This document shows positions 40,182 through 49,992 of a stretch of DNA of 64,000 nt, in pieces. Both the position numbers and the translations under genes were made by a program. The notes beneath the pieces were generated by a model that was not told the origin of the DNA, made no database searches, and saw only the letters and a program-made list of their open reading frames with translations. The stretch is from an uncultured Prevotella sp. (lineage in GTDB: Bacteria > Bacteroidota > Bacteroidia > Bacteroidales > Bacteroidaceae), in the NCBI GenBank assembly GCA_945875635.1, contig CAMCLD010000003.1, positions 62,651 to 126,650 on the forward strand. Reading direction: 5' to 3'. Positions within the stretch are counted from its first letter, which is position 1. The number at the start of each line of letters is the position of its first letter.

Positions 40182-42683
40182 ATGGAAGAAATCAAGAACT
40201 ACGATGTCGAACCAGCCAAGACAGAAGAGGAGGGTTCCTCTTTTGATTACAGGGCGATTATAAAGGCTATAATTCTTAACTGGTATTGGTTCGTATTGTC
40301 CATCCTCGTATGTATGGGAGGCGCATACCTTTACCTCAGGTACACAACTCCTATATATCAGGCTTCTGCGAAATTCCTCATTAAAGAAAGTGAGGGAAAC
40401 AGCTACCGTAAAGGAAGCTCGCTTTCTAACATGTCTGAACTCGGTATCATCTCAAGTACAAACGGTTTTGACAATGAGATGGAGATACTCCACTCCCATT
40501 CCTTGGCTGCACAGGCTGTAAAGAAGCTTAAACTATACACGAGTTACAGCCTTAAAGGCAAGATAAAAGACAGAATCGTATATTCCACACAACCAGTATC
40601 TGTGGATATAGACGAGTATCATCTCGACAAGCTGAACGCACCCATAAACCTTAACATCAAGCGTCAGGGAACAAGCTATCTCGTTGAGGGAACTTACTGC
40701 GTGCCTATTGACGATAACAGCTTCGAGGGACCATTCTCCATCAAGAAGACTTTCACACAACTACCGGCAAATATCTATACAAGAGCCGGAACAATCTCGC
40801 TGAGCCATAACAACGGACACAGACTCAGGGATGGAGAAGTGGAGATTGTTAGCATCAACTCTCCCAAAAGGGCAGCATACAAATTCAATGGAGCCCTTGC
40901 CATCTCACCATACGGGAAGACGACGACAATTGCACAACTTGTACTTACCGACGAGATACCACAGCGTGCCATTGACTATCTGCGCCAGCTTGTTTCTGAA
41001 TATAACCGTCAGGCTAATGATGACAAGAACTATGTAGCCATGAAGACGGAAAAATTCATTGACAGCAGGCTTGATAAAATCAGTGCAGAGCTGGGAGCAA
41101 CAGAAGGTGAACTTGAAAGCTTCAAGCAGGACAACAAGATGGTTGAACTGAAGATGAATGCATCACAATCGCTTGCTAATCAGGATGCCACATCGAAAAG
41201 ACTTACTGAGACAGAGACCCAGATTGCATTGCTCAACAGTATTGACGAATTCATGAGAGAGTCAAGCAAGACTTATCAGGTATTGCCGTCTAATGTAGGA
41301 CTAACTGACCCGGCAAGCGCACAACTCATAGACAAATACAACGAACTCGTTCTTGAAAGGAACAGACTTCTGAGGAGCGCATCTGAAAATTCGCCTGTCG
41401 TAGAGCCTATCACGGAGCAGATTAAAGAACTGAACCATAACATCAGCAGGGCAATCCGGCAGATGAGAAAGAACCTTGAGATTGAGAGGAATGCTATTGT
41501 TGCCGAACTTAACAAGTTCAATAATCTCATTGAGGAAACACCTGAACAGGAGAGGAAACTGACACAGATAGGAAGACAGAGGGAAGTCAAATCAGGTCTT
41601 TACCTAATGCTTTTGCAGAAGAGAGAGGAAAACTCGATTTCGTTGGCAGCGACTGCCGACAAGGGAACCCTTATCGACGAGCCTCAGTTCATAGGAATGG
41701 TAAGCCCCAAGAGATCCATGATATGGCTTATCGGACTTGCAATAGGTATTGTCATTCCTGGTCTGATTCTGTTCCTCATAAACTTCTTCCGCTATAAGAT
41801 AGAGGCACACGAAGACGTGATAAAACTTACAAAACTCCCCATCATCGCTGACGTGCCCATTGCAAGCGACAAGGTAAAGAAGAAGGCAGACATAGTTGTA
41901 CAGGCAAACCAGAACAACCAGATTGAAGAGGTGTTCAGGACAATGCGTACAAACCTGCAGTTCATAATGAGAGAAAACGATAAGGTGATTATGTTCACAT
42001 CCAGTATTGCAGGAGAAGGAAAGACCTTCAATTGTGCCAACCTGGCGGTAAGCTTCGCCCTTTTGGAGAAGAAGGTTATACTGCTTGGACTGGATATCAG
42101 AAAGCCACGTCTCGGCAAACTCTTTGAACTTAGTGACACAAGCAAGGGAATCACCAAGCTTCTGACAAAAGAGAATCCTTCAGCAGAAGACATACGCAAG
42201 GAAATCGTTCCTTCAATGGTAAACGAGAACCTTGACCTATTGCTTGCCGGTCCTATACCACCTAACCCAGCAGAACTCCTTTCACACGAGAGCCTAAACA
42301 CTATATTCAATTATCTTAGGGAAGAGTATGACTACATTCTCGTGGATACAGCTCCAGTAGGTCTTGTAACAGATACTTTCCAGATTGGCAGGGTTGTTGA
42401 CGCAACAGTATATACATGTCGAGCCGACTACACGCCAAAAGACAGTATCCGCATTGTCAATGACATCGCCAACGACCAGAAACTTCCAAATATATGCATC
42501 ATTATCAATGGCATAGACATGTCTAAGAAGAAATATGGATATGCATACGGCTACGGAAGATATGGCAAGTATGGAAGGTATGGCAACTACGGAAGATATG
42601 GTCATTATGGTTCGTACGGCAGATATGGCAACTATGCCAACAGCCATTACGGAAACAAGAAGGATGATTCCATAAAGCGATAA
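40182..42683 (+). CDS. wzc: Polysaccharide co-polymerase / BY-kinase
   Basis: Two TM helices, periplasmic coiled coil, Walker A AGEGKT, A' LDIRKP, B LVDTAP, C-terminal Tyr cluster. Confidence 0.92.
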   Translation: MEEIKNYDVEPAKTEEEGSSFDYRAIIKAIILNWYWFVLSILVCMGGAYLYLRYTTPIYQASAKFLIKESEGNSYRKGSSLSNMSELGIISSTNGFDNEMEILHSHSLAAQAVKKLKLYTSYSLKGKIKDRIVYSTQPVSVDIDEYHLDKLNAPINLNIKRQGTSYLVEGTYCVPIDDNSFEGPFSIKKTFTQLPANIYTRAGTISLSHNNGHRLRDGEVEIVSINSPKRAAYKFNGALAISPYGKTTTIAQLVLTDEIPQRAIDYLRQLVSEYNRQANDDKNYVAMKTEKFIDSRLDKISAELGATEGELESFKQDNKMVELKMNASQSLANQDATSKRLTETETQIALLNSIDEFMRESSKTYQVLPSNVGLTDPASAQLIDKYNELVLERNRLLRSASENSPVVEPITEQIKELNHNISRAIRQMRKNLEIERNAIVAELNKFNNLIEETPEQERKLTQIGRQREVKSGLYLMLLQKREENSISLAATADKGTLIDEPQFIGMVSPKRSMIWLIGLAIGIVIPGLILFLINFFRYKIEAHEDVIKLTKLPIIADVPIASDKVKKKADIVVQANQNNQIEEVFRTMRTNLQFIMRENDKVIMFTSSIAGEGKTFNCANLAVSFALLEKKVILLGLDIRKPRLGKLFELSDTSKGITKLLTKENPSAEDIRKEIVPSMVNENLDLLLAGPIPPNPAELLSHESLNTIFNYLREEYDYILVDTAPVGLVTDTFQIGRVVDATVYTCRADYTPKDSIRIVNDIANDQKLPNICIIINGIDMSKKKYGYAYGYGRYGKYGRYGNYGRYGHYGSYGRYGNYANSHYGNKKDDSIKR

Positions 42684-42715
42684 TACAATACAAAAAAAAA
42701 CATATTCTAGGAAAC

Positions 42716-43135
42716 ATGACTATAGCTGTAGATTTCGACGGAACGATAGTAGAGCATAAATATCCAAAAATAGGAGAAGAGAAACCTTTCGCCACCGATG
42801 CGCTGAGAATGCTCATCAAAGACCATCATAGACTCATACTATGGACTGTGAGAGAAGGAAAACTTCTTGACGAGGCAGTAGAATGGTGCAGAAAGAGAGG
42901 GGTGGAATTCTGGGCTGTCAACAGGGATTATCCAGAGGAAAACGGTCCGGAAGGAAACAAGCATTTCTCAAGGAAAGTGAAAGCAGACCTCTTCATAGAC
43001 GACTGTCAGATAGGCGGACTTCCTGGATGGGGCGAGATTTACCACATGATAAGCAGTGGAAAACCATTCGTTCCGCACAACACCGATGAACCTTACGATA
43101 CAGGAAAAAAGAAAAAGAGATTCTGGCCATTCTAA
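42716..43135 (+). CDS. Small HAD-superfamily phosphatase (BT0820-like)
   Basis: AVDFDGT (DxD), ILWT, RK, FIDD motifs. Confidence 0.82.
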   Translation: MTIAVDFDGTIVEHKYPKIGEEKPFATDALRMLIKDHHRLILWTVREGKLLDEAVEWCRKRGVEFWAVNRDYPEENGPEGNKHFSRKVKADLFIDDCQIGGLPGWGEIYHMISSGKPFVPHNTDEPYDTGKKKKRFWPF

Positions 43136-43156
43136 CATATCCAGGAGCAATAAGAC

Positions 43157-43852
43157 ATGAAGAAAAGAATATTATTAGCATCACTCATCCTGGCACTCAC
43201 TACAAGTGTACACTCTCAGGATCTGTTCTCTAAGATAAAGAAAGGAGTAAACGAAGCGATAGACCTTATAGACCAGGATATAAAACCTACTGGAAAGCAT
43301 GGTGTCCTTGACCTTATAATAGCTCCGAAGATAGGACTGTCGGCTAACACACTCTCTGGAACGACAGGCAAGATTGAGCCTGGTATCATGGCAGGATGTT
43401 ATATAGAGATTTTCCCTCTCGAACAGCTTGCCGTTGACATGGAGATATGCTACGGACACCAAGGCATCAACGATGTGCCGCATCATTTCGATGGATTGGG
43501 ATATGGAGAATATGACATATCTCTAAACTATATGAACACATCATATATGTGCAGATGGTATCCCATTGCAGAAAAGCCACTTAGCATATACAGCGGACTT
43601 ACTATCTCCAACCTCGTCAGTGCACGTATTAACGGTAAAGGAATACATCAGGGTATAAAAGGAGATCTTCACAAGGGTGATTTCTCCATACCTATTGGTG
43701 TCTCCTACGAGTGGGGACAGTGGCAGGCTGACATCAGATACAACCATGGACTTAAGAGAATAGTCTCAAGTCCTGAAATGAAGTCCATTTTGGGAAAAGG
43801 CACAAATTCCTCTCTCGCTCTATCAATAGCCTACAAGATTGGAATCCTCTGA
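43157..43852 (+). CDS. Outer-membrane beta-barrel (porin-family) protein
   Basis: Signal peptide; IPIGVSYEW, ADIRYNHGL, C-terminal LSIAYKIGIL. Confidence 0.75.
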   Translation: MKKRILLASLILALTTSVHSQDLFSKIKKGVNEAIDLIDQDIKPTGKHGVLDLIIAPKIGLSANTLSGTTGKIEPGIMAGCYIEIFPLEQLAVDMEICYGHQGINDVPHHFDGLGYGEYDISLNYMNTSYMCRWYPIAEKPLSIYSGLTISNLVSARINGKGIHQGIKGDLHKGDFSIPIGVSYEWGQWQADIRYNHGLKRIVSSPEMKSILGKGTNSSLALSIAYKIGIL

Positions 43853-43873
43853 TTCATCCTGTATATCATCCTT

Positions 43874-43917
43874 ATAGAAATGGCTTTTCCATATCAGGAA
43901 AAGCCATTTCTATTTTC
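43874..43917 (+). terminator. Intrinsic terminator
   Basis: 17-bp stem ATAGAAATGGCTTTTCC / GGAAAAGCCATTTCTAT, 6-nt loop, then TTT. Confidence 0.8.
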
Positions 43918-44054
43918 AACAGTTTTTACATGTTTTGTGTACCATTGGATTAACACTAACTCCATAATTGTTCTATATTCCACAAAAAATATCAAAATTA
44001 ATTTTTATTGATATTTGAGAAAGTGAATTAACTCCAATAATAAAGATAAAAGTA

Positions 44055-44062
44055 TAACTTTG
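44055..44062 (+). promoter_or_regulatory. -7 promoter element for the efflux cluster
   Basis: TAACTTTG. Confidence 0.6.
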
Positions 44063-44131
44063 CACCGTTACTATGAGAATTAAGATACACAATACGAATG
44101 TGGGATTTTGACTGTAGTGATTTGGAAAAAG

Positions 44132-45637
44132 ATGGGAAAGATGAGAAAGATGAGAAACAAAATATCAATAGGCATATTGCTTCTATTCATGCCGGCATCA
44201 ATGTCAGCACAGGAAGTGTTTACTCTCTTGAGATGCAGACAACTTGCTTTGGAAAACAACAAACAGCTCCGAGTAAGCACTCTGAAAGAGGACATTGCCA
44301 ATGACAAAACGCAGGCTGCAAAAACACTGAATTTGCCGAGGCTTACAGGAATGGCAGCCTATCAGCGTACAAATAGGGAAATTTCTATATTGAGCAACAG
44401 CCAGAAAGCAGAACTGTCATCCATGGGAACAAACATGGCATCGACAGTTTCGTCACAATTGTCTGCATCAATCAACTCCATGGTACAGGATGGAAGGCTG
44501 TCAATGCAGACCGCACAGGAATTAGGTGCTCTGATGGGTGAAATGGGAGGAACACTTGCCGAAGCAGGAGACAAACTGGGGAATACCATAAAGGACGCTT
44601 TCCACACGGATACAAGGGACATGTTTGTGGCAAGTCTGTTGCTAACACAGCCTATATATATGGGTGGAGCCATCAAGGCAACCAACGAGATTGCGAGAAT
44701 TGGCGAGGAGATGGCAAGAAATTCCACATCAAATGCTACTAACAATGTACTTTTCGCAACGGACAACGCCTACTGGCTTACTGTATCACTGAAAAGCAAG
44801 CTGCGCCTTGCCCAGGACTACCTCCTGCTGACAAGGAAACTGAGCAGCGATGTGCACAAGATGATTGACGAGGGAGTGGCTACCAAAGCCGATGGACTGA
44901 AGATTGACGTTGAGGTAAACAATGCTGAGATAATGGTGACACAGGCAGAAAACGGAGTAAGCATAGCCAAGATGTACCTATGCCAGCTTTGCGGACTTCC
45001 ACTGCGCAAAAACATCACCCTTGAGCACGAAAACTCAGACGAGTTTATTCCATTGGATAACGTTCAGAGGGATTTCAATGACTCTACATTCTCTAACCGT
45101 CCAGAAACAAGGATTTTACAGAACACCATAGACATCAGTAAGCAAAGCGTAAGCCTCGTAAGTGCAGCCTACAGACCACATCTTTCGCTTGTTGGTGGAT
45201 TCTCGGCAATGAATCCAAGTCTTGTCAATGGCTTCGAACGCAAATTCAGGGGAATTTGGAACATAGGCATCAACGTAAGCATGCCTATCTGGTCATGGAA
45301 CGAGGGAAGGCACAAAATCAATGCAGCAAAGACAGCGACAGCAATAGCAGAGCTCGAACTTGCAGATGTTAGAGAGAAGATATCACTTCAGGTGGAACAG
45401 GCGCAGTTCAAAATTGACGAAGCACGCAAGAGGCTGATAGCTGCAAAACGGAATCTGGAAAGTGCAGAGGAGAATCTCAGGTGTGCAAATATAGGATTCA
45501 AGGAGGGAGTAATGACGCTGACAAATGTCATGGAGGCACAGACGGCCTGGCATAAGGCGCACAGCAACAAGACAGAAGCAGAGATTGACGTAAGGCTGTC
45601 CGACGTAGCGTTAAGGATGGCATTAGGAAAGTTATAA
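44132..45637 (+). CDS. TolC-family outer-membrane efflux protein (start among ATGs at 44132, 44141 and 44150)
   Basis: Signal peptide ending SMSAQ, ALENNKQL, TQPIYMGG, NVMEAQT. Confidence 0.9.
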   Translation: MGKMRKMRNKISIGILLLFMPASMSAQEVFTLLRCRQLALENNKQLRVSTLKEDIANDKTQAAKTLNLPRLTGMAAYQRTNREISILSNSQKAELSSMGTNMASTVSSQLSASINSMVQDGRLSMQTAQELGALMGEMGGTLAEAGDKLGNTIKDAFHTDTRDMFVASLLLTQPIYMGGAIKATNEIARIGEEMARNSTSNATNNVLFATDNAYWLTVSLKSKLRLAQDYLLLTRKLSSDVHKMIDEGVATKADGLKIDVEVNNAEIMVTQAENGVSIAKMYLCQLCGLPLRKNITLEHENSDEFIPLDNVQRDFNDSTFSNRPETRILQNTIDISKQSVSLVSAAYRPHLSLVGGFSAMNPSLVNGFERKFRGIWNIGINVSMPIWSWNEGRHKINAAKTATAIAELELADVREKISLQVEQAQFKIDEARKRLIAAKRNLESAEENLRCANIGFKEGVMTLTNVMEAQTAWHKAHSNKTEAEIDVRLSDVALRMALGKL

Positions 45638-45650
45638 TAAATAGTGTAGC

Positions 45651-46634
45651 ATGTCAGAAAAAAAACAAACAAACAGTATCATACTTGCCCTGGTTGCGTT
45701 CACGGCAGTGGTAGGTATAGCCGGACTTATTGGATACATGACGATACCGCAGGAAGAAGATATTATCCAAGGCGAGATTGAGGTAAGCGAATACCGAGTG
45801 TCCTGCAAGTTACCAGGCAGAATAGTGAAAATCAATGTGAAGGAAGGCGATTATGTGCACAAGGGCGACACTCTTGCTATAATAGAAGTGCCCGAGGTTA
45901 ACGCACAACAGCAAGCTGCAACGGCAACAGAGGGTGCAGCCAATGCATTGAGTGACTTAGCCAATGCTGGTACACGCAGAGAAGCCATCGAGAGCGCGTA
46001 CCAGATTTACGAACAATCACTTGCGGCAAAAGAACTTGCACTAAACACCTACAACAGAATGCAGAGACTGTTCGATGAAGGTGTCATGAGCGCACAGAAG
46101 CGCGACGAGGCTTATGCAGCATTCCAAATAGCAGAGGCACAGAGCAAAGCAGCACAGTTGCAATACGAACTTGCAAAAAGCGGTGCTCGCGAAGAGGAAA
46201 AACGGGCAGCAAAGAAACAGGCAGAAGCTGCAATGGGAGCCGTCAATGTAGTGAAGAGCCTGCTGAGAGAAACAGTACAGATTGCAACAGAGGACGGTGA
46301 GGTTACAAGCATCTACCCGAAGGTTGGCGAACTTGTGGGTATGGGTTCTCCTATAATGAGTATTTCCATGAACAACGATATGTGGGCAAACTTCAATGTC
46401 AAGGAGGACAAGCTAAAGGATTTTCAGATGGGCAAGACTATTAAGGTATATATACAGGCTCTTGACAAGGACATAGACATGAAAATCTACAGTCTGAAAG
46501 ACCAGGGGAGCTTTGCTGTATGGAAAGCTACCAAGACAACAGGTCAGTACGACATAAAGACATTCTGTCTAAAAGCACGTCCATGCAAAAATGAGCCAAT
46601 GTTGAGAGCCGGAATGACAGCTGTTATAAGATGA
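45651..46634 (+). CDS. HlyD-family periplasmic adaptor
   Basis: N-terminal TM, lipoyl half-motifs (KLPGRIVKINVKEGDYV, DGEVTSI..KVGELV), coiled coil. Confidence 0.92.
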   Translation: MSEKKQTNSIILALVAFTAVVGIAGLIGYMTIPQEEDIIQGEIEVSEYRVSCKLPGRIVKINVKEGDYVHKGDTLAIIEVPEVNAQQQAATATEGAANALSDLANAGTRREAIESAYQIYEQSLAAKELALNTYNRMQRLFDEGVMSAQKRDEAYAAFQIAEAQSKAAQLQYELAKSGAREEEKRAAKKQAEAAMGAVNVVKSLLRETVQIATEDGEVTSIYPKVGELVGMGSPIMSISMNNDMWANFNVKEDKLKDFQMGKTIKVYIQALDKDIDMKIYSLKDQGSFAVWKATKTTGQYDIKTFCLKARPCKNEPMLRAGMTAVIR

Positions 46635-47803
46635 GAGGCTTGATAGGTAACATATATAACTCTGCAATACGGGAAGCAGGAATCGTCAAATCCAGTCCCG
46701 TCTATTGGTTCTGCACCCTGCTACTGCCAATTGGGGTCGTGATATTCTTCACGTCATTACTGTCGGAGGGTGTGCCTACGGACATGCCTTGCGGTGTAGT
46801 AGATATGGACAATACAACCATCACGAGAAACATCATACAGAAGCTTGATGCATTCCAGACAACAAGGATTTACAAGCATTATCCAGACCCAAGACAAGCA
46901 CGACTTGCCATTCAACGTGGAGAAATTTATGCCTATATATACATTCCACACGGCACTACGGAAGAAATGATTAGCTCCAGGCAACCACACATTACATTCT
47001 GCTACAGCAGTGTGTCAATGGTGGCAGGAAGCATGATGTACCGTGACCTTAAGACTATTACTCAACTCACGTCAGCGTCATTGGGACATGCGAAATTGTC
47101 GGCTCTTGGCAAGACTGAGCGTGAGATAAAGGCATTCATACAACCTATCACCATCGACGTTCACGCTTTGGAGAATCCCCAGACCAACTACAATGTCTAT
47201 CTGAGTACTGTAATGGTTGCCGGTGTATTGATAATATTCATGTCACTTCTCCCTGGGTACTCCCTGGGTATGGAGATGAAACACCGGGAAGGCAAGCACT
47301 TCATGAAGATAGCAGGCAACAATGTCTTTGCTGCCGTTACTGGCAAAATGCTGCCATTGATGATGACGTTCACATTCATAATGACATTTTTCTACTGGTA
47401 CATATTCGGAAGACTCGCTTTCCCACATCATTGCGGAGCATTGACTATGGTTGCAATCTGCCTGCTTACAGTGACGGCATCATTAGGATTGGGTGTTTTC
47501 ATGTTCGGACTCATACCTCTTCCACGCCTGTCCATGAGTGTGTGCTCGCTATGGGCTGTACTGGGCATGTCGCTCTCAGGTGCCACATTCCCAGTCTTCG
47601 CCATGAATCCAGTCATTGAGGGATTGTCATGGCTGTTTCCACTACGCCATTACTACATGTGCTACCAGTTGTGCATTCTCAATGGCTATCCCATACACGA
47701 TGCATATCCGTATATCCTTTCTCTTGTCATCTTCTCTGCACTGCCCATTCTTGTGCTGCCTAACATAAAAAAGGCGATGAACGAATATGAATACATACCT
47801 TAA
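46631..47803 (+). CDS. ABC-2-type permease (YbhS/YbhR-like)
   Basis: GVVDMDNT, ARLAIQRGEIYA, LSGATFP, FPLRHY. Confidence 0.88.
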   Translation: MRGLIGNIYNSAIREAGIVKSSPVYWFCTLLLPIGVVIFFTSLLSEGVPTDMPCGVVDMDNTTITRNIIQKLDAFQTTRIYKHYPDPRQARLAIQRGEIYAYIYIPHGTTEEMISSRQPHITFCYSSVSMVAGSMMYRDLKTITQLTSASLGHAKLSALGKTEREIKAFIQPITIDVHALENPQTNYNVYLSTVMVAGVLIIFMSLLPGYSLGMEMKHREGKHFMKIAGNNVFAAVTGKMLPLMMTFTFIMTFFYWYIFGRLAFPHHCGALTMVAICLLTVTASLGLGVFMFGLIPLPRLSMSVCSLWAVLGMSLSGATFPVFAMNPVIEGLSWLFPLRHYYMCYQLCILNGYPIHDAYPYILSLVIFSALPILVLPNIKKAMNEYEYIP

Positions 47804-47815
47804 CATGCTGAAGAA

Positions 47816-49006
47816 ATGGGGAAAAAGTACAACATAATTAGAACTGTCCATCATGTATTGAGGAATGTTTGCGATGAACTTGCATACAACCTCAAGCGGA
47901 TGTTTCGTGACCAGGCTCTTCTTACGTTTGCAATTATCGTTCCGCTACTCTATCCTTTAATCTATTCCTGGATATATACCAATGAATTCGTGCGCGACAT
48001 ACCTTTGGCAGTTGTTGACATGTCCCATTCACAAACAAGCCGCGAGTTCCTGCGCCGACTTGATGCAACACAAGAAGTAAAAGTTGCATACAACTGTGAC
48101 AACATGAAAGAGGCAAGAGAACTTTCAGGAAAGCAGAAAACAAGAGGGATTATATACATACCTGCGGATTTCGACATAAAGATAAACCGTGGAGAACAGG
48201 CTCAAGTCAGTGTTTATTGCGACATGGCTTTAATGTTGACTTACAAGAACATACTGCTCGCATCACAAAGCGTTGCCTTAGACATGGGTAAAGACATGAT
48301 GATACATTCGTCCGGAGCCATGACGGCACATGACGAGGAAGTAACGACAACGCCTGTCATCATCGATGAAGTGCAGTTGTTCAATCCTACTGGAGGCTAT
48401 GGCAACTCGCTCATACCAGCTGTCCTCATCATAATCATACAACAGACGTTACTGCTGGGCATAGGACTTACCAGTGGTAGTGACCGTGACAAGCAAAGGT
48501 TAGAAAACATTGGAATACAAGACGGAAGGCACGTTTTCTATCGTTTCATCGGCAAGGCTGCGGCATTCATAATGTTGTTCTTACCATTGTCAATGTATAT
48601 ATGTATGGCTGTGCCGCAGTTCTTCTCCTTCACAGCCATAGCCAGACACTCCGACCTTATGTACCTGATTTTTCCTTACGTCATGGCATGCACAATGTTT
48701 GCCATGACAATATCATTCTTCGTGAGCACAAGGGAAAGCGTACTGCTTGTCGTAGTGTTCACATCCGTGCCTTTTCTTTTCCTTACCGGCATCAGTTGGC
48801 CAGAAAGTAACATACCTGCATTCTGGAAAGGCATCTCATACTTTATACCATCCACTTTCGGAGTAAGAGCGTATCTTAGCCTCAGTTCCATGGGAGCATC
48901 GACAAATGAAATTCTGCCCGAAATCAGGATTCTATGCATACAGGCTCTTGCCTATTCCATCACAGCATTCCTCAGCATGAAATATTATCTCGGAAACAAA
49001 AGGTGA
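47816..49006 (+). CDS. ABC-2-type permease (YbhS/YbhR-like), second paralog
   Basis: AVVDMSHS, FNPTGGY, LTGISWP, IPSTFG. Confidence 0.88.
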   Translation: MGKKYNIIRTVHHVLRNVCDELAYNLKRMFRDQALLTFAIIVPLLYPLIYSWIYTNEFVRDIPLAVVDMSHSQTSREFLRRLDATQEVKVAYNCDNMKEARELSGKQKTRGIIYIPADFDIKINRGEQAQVSVYCDMALMLTYKNILLASQSVALDMGKDMMIHSSGAMTAHDEEVTTTPVIIDEVQLFNPTGGYGNSLIPAVLIIIIQQTLLLGIGLTSGSDRDKQRLENIGIQDGRHVFYRFIGKAAAFIMLFLPLSMYICMAVPQFFSFTAIARHSDLMYLIFPYVMACTMFAMTISFFVSTRESVLLVVVFTSVPFLFLTGISWPESNIPAFWKGISYFIPSTFGVRAYLSLSSMGASTNEILPEIRILCIQALAYSITAFLSMKYYLGNKR

Positions 49007-49067
49007 CAATACCAACCTACTACTCAAAAAAAAGAGTGGAATATTTGATAAATTGGAAATTAATCAG

Positions 49068-49075
49068 TACATTTG
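49068..49075 (+). promoter_or_regulatory. -7 promoter element only 4 nt before the start codon
   Basis: TACATTTG-catc-ATG(49080). Confidence 0.6.
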
Positions 49076-49079
49076 CATC

Positions 49080-49880
49080 ATGATATTCTATTTGTCAGGT
49101 ACTGGAAACTCGCTTTGGGCGGCAAGACAAATATCACGTGTCACCCACGACAGTCTCATCACAATGACGGAGACTGGCAATGCTGATTTCATAAAGGATG
49201 CCAGGAAAGGCGAACCAATAGGTTTTGTGTTTCCAGTACATGGTTGGAGACCACCAAGGATAGTGCTTGAATTCATCAACGCAATAGATTCGGGAAGCAT
49301 GTCTGACCGTTACGTATATGCAGTGGTTACGGCAGGTGACAATATTGGAGAGACTATCGACATCCTGTCAAGAGAACTGGAGAAGAAAGGATGCAAGCTC
49401 AATGCTGCCACATCACTCATTATGCCAGAGTCATATATCGGACTGCCGTTCATGGACACCGACACTCTGGAAAAGGAGAATGGCAAGATTCAGACATCAA
49501 GGAGAAGCCTAAAGGAGTTCATCAACCGTATCGCAAAGAGGCAAGACGGCATATACGGACTTGTAACAGGCAAATGGCCACGTGTCAACACCAGACTACT
49601 TGGAGGGGTATTCACTAAATGGCTCATCACAGACAAGCCCTTCAGCATCGAGGTGGAGAAATGCCTGAGATGCGGAAAATGTGCAGAGAAATGCCCAGTG
49701 GATAACATCAGGCTTTCCAATGGTGGTTATCCGGAATGGAGACACAATGGCAGGTGCATGACTTGCTTTGCCTGCTATCACCATTGTCCTGCCAAAGCCA
49801 TAAGATATGGAAACAGGACAAAAGGCAAAGGACAATATTATTTCGGAAAGAACTTCATGATTTCCGATTTCGACATATAG
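49080..49880 (+). CDS. EFR1-type flavodoxin-ferredoxin protein
   Basis: FYLSGTGNS, GFVFPVHGW, and two CxxCxxCxxxCP clusters (CLRCGKCAEKCP, CMTCFACYHHCP). Confidence 0.88.
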   Translation: MIFYLSGTGNSLWAARQISRVTHDSLITMTETGNADFIKDARKGEPIGFVFPVHGWRPPRIVLEFINAIDSGSMSDRYVYAVVTAGDNIGETIDILSRELEKKGCKLNAATSLIMPESYIGLPFMDTDTLEKENGKIQTSRRSLKEFINRIAKRQDGIYGLVTGKWPRVNTRLLGGVFTKWLITDKPFSIEVEKCLRCGKCAEKCPVDNIRLSNGGYPEWRHNGRCMTCFACYHHCPAKAIRYGNRTKGKGQYYFGKNFMISDFDI

Positions 49881-49893
49881 AATACTAATAACA

Positions 49894-49936
49894 TGTCAAC
49901 TCGTCAACAGACAGTTTGGCGGAGACATGCGAAACT
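49894..49936 (-). repeat. Short repeat-element fragment (8-mer units plus a 17-bp motif)
   Basis: TGTCAAC TCGTCAAC matches the 24112 array in reverse. CGGAGACATGCGAAACT (49920-49936) is the exact reverse complement of 53600-53616. Confidence 0.6.
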
Positions 49937-49992
49937 ATAATTATATAATAAACGCAATAGATAACAGCTAAATTAAAAGAATTTATATCAGT

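Noticed and set aside
44128-44157. 9-bp tandem repeat AAAGATGRG at the TolC start as a phase-variation switch
   Set aside because: The unit is a multiple of 3, so slippage keeps the frame; it only makes the start codon ambiguous.
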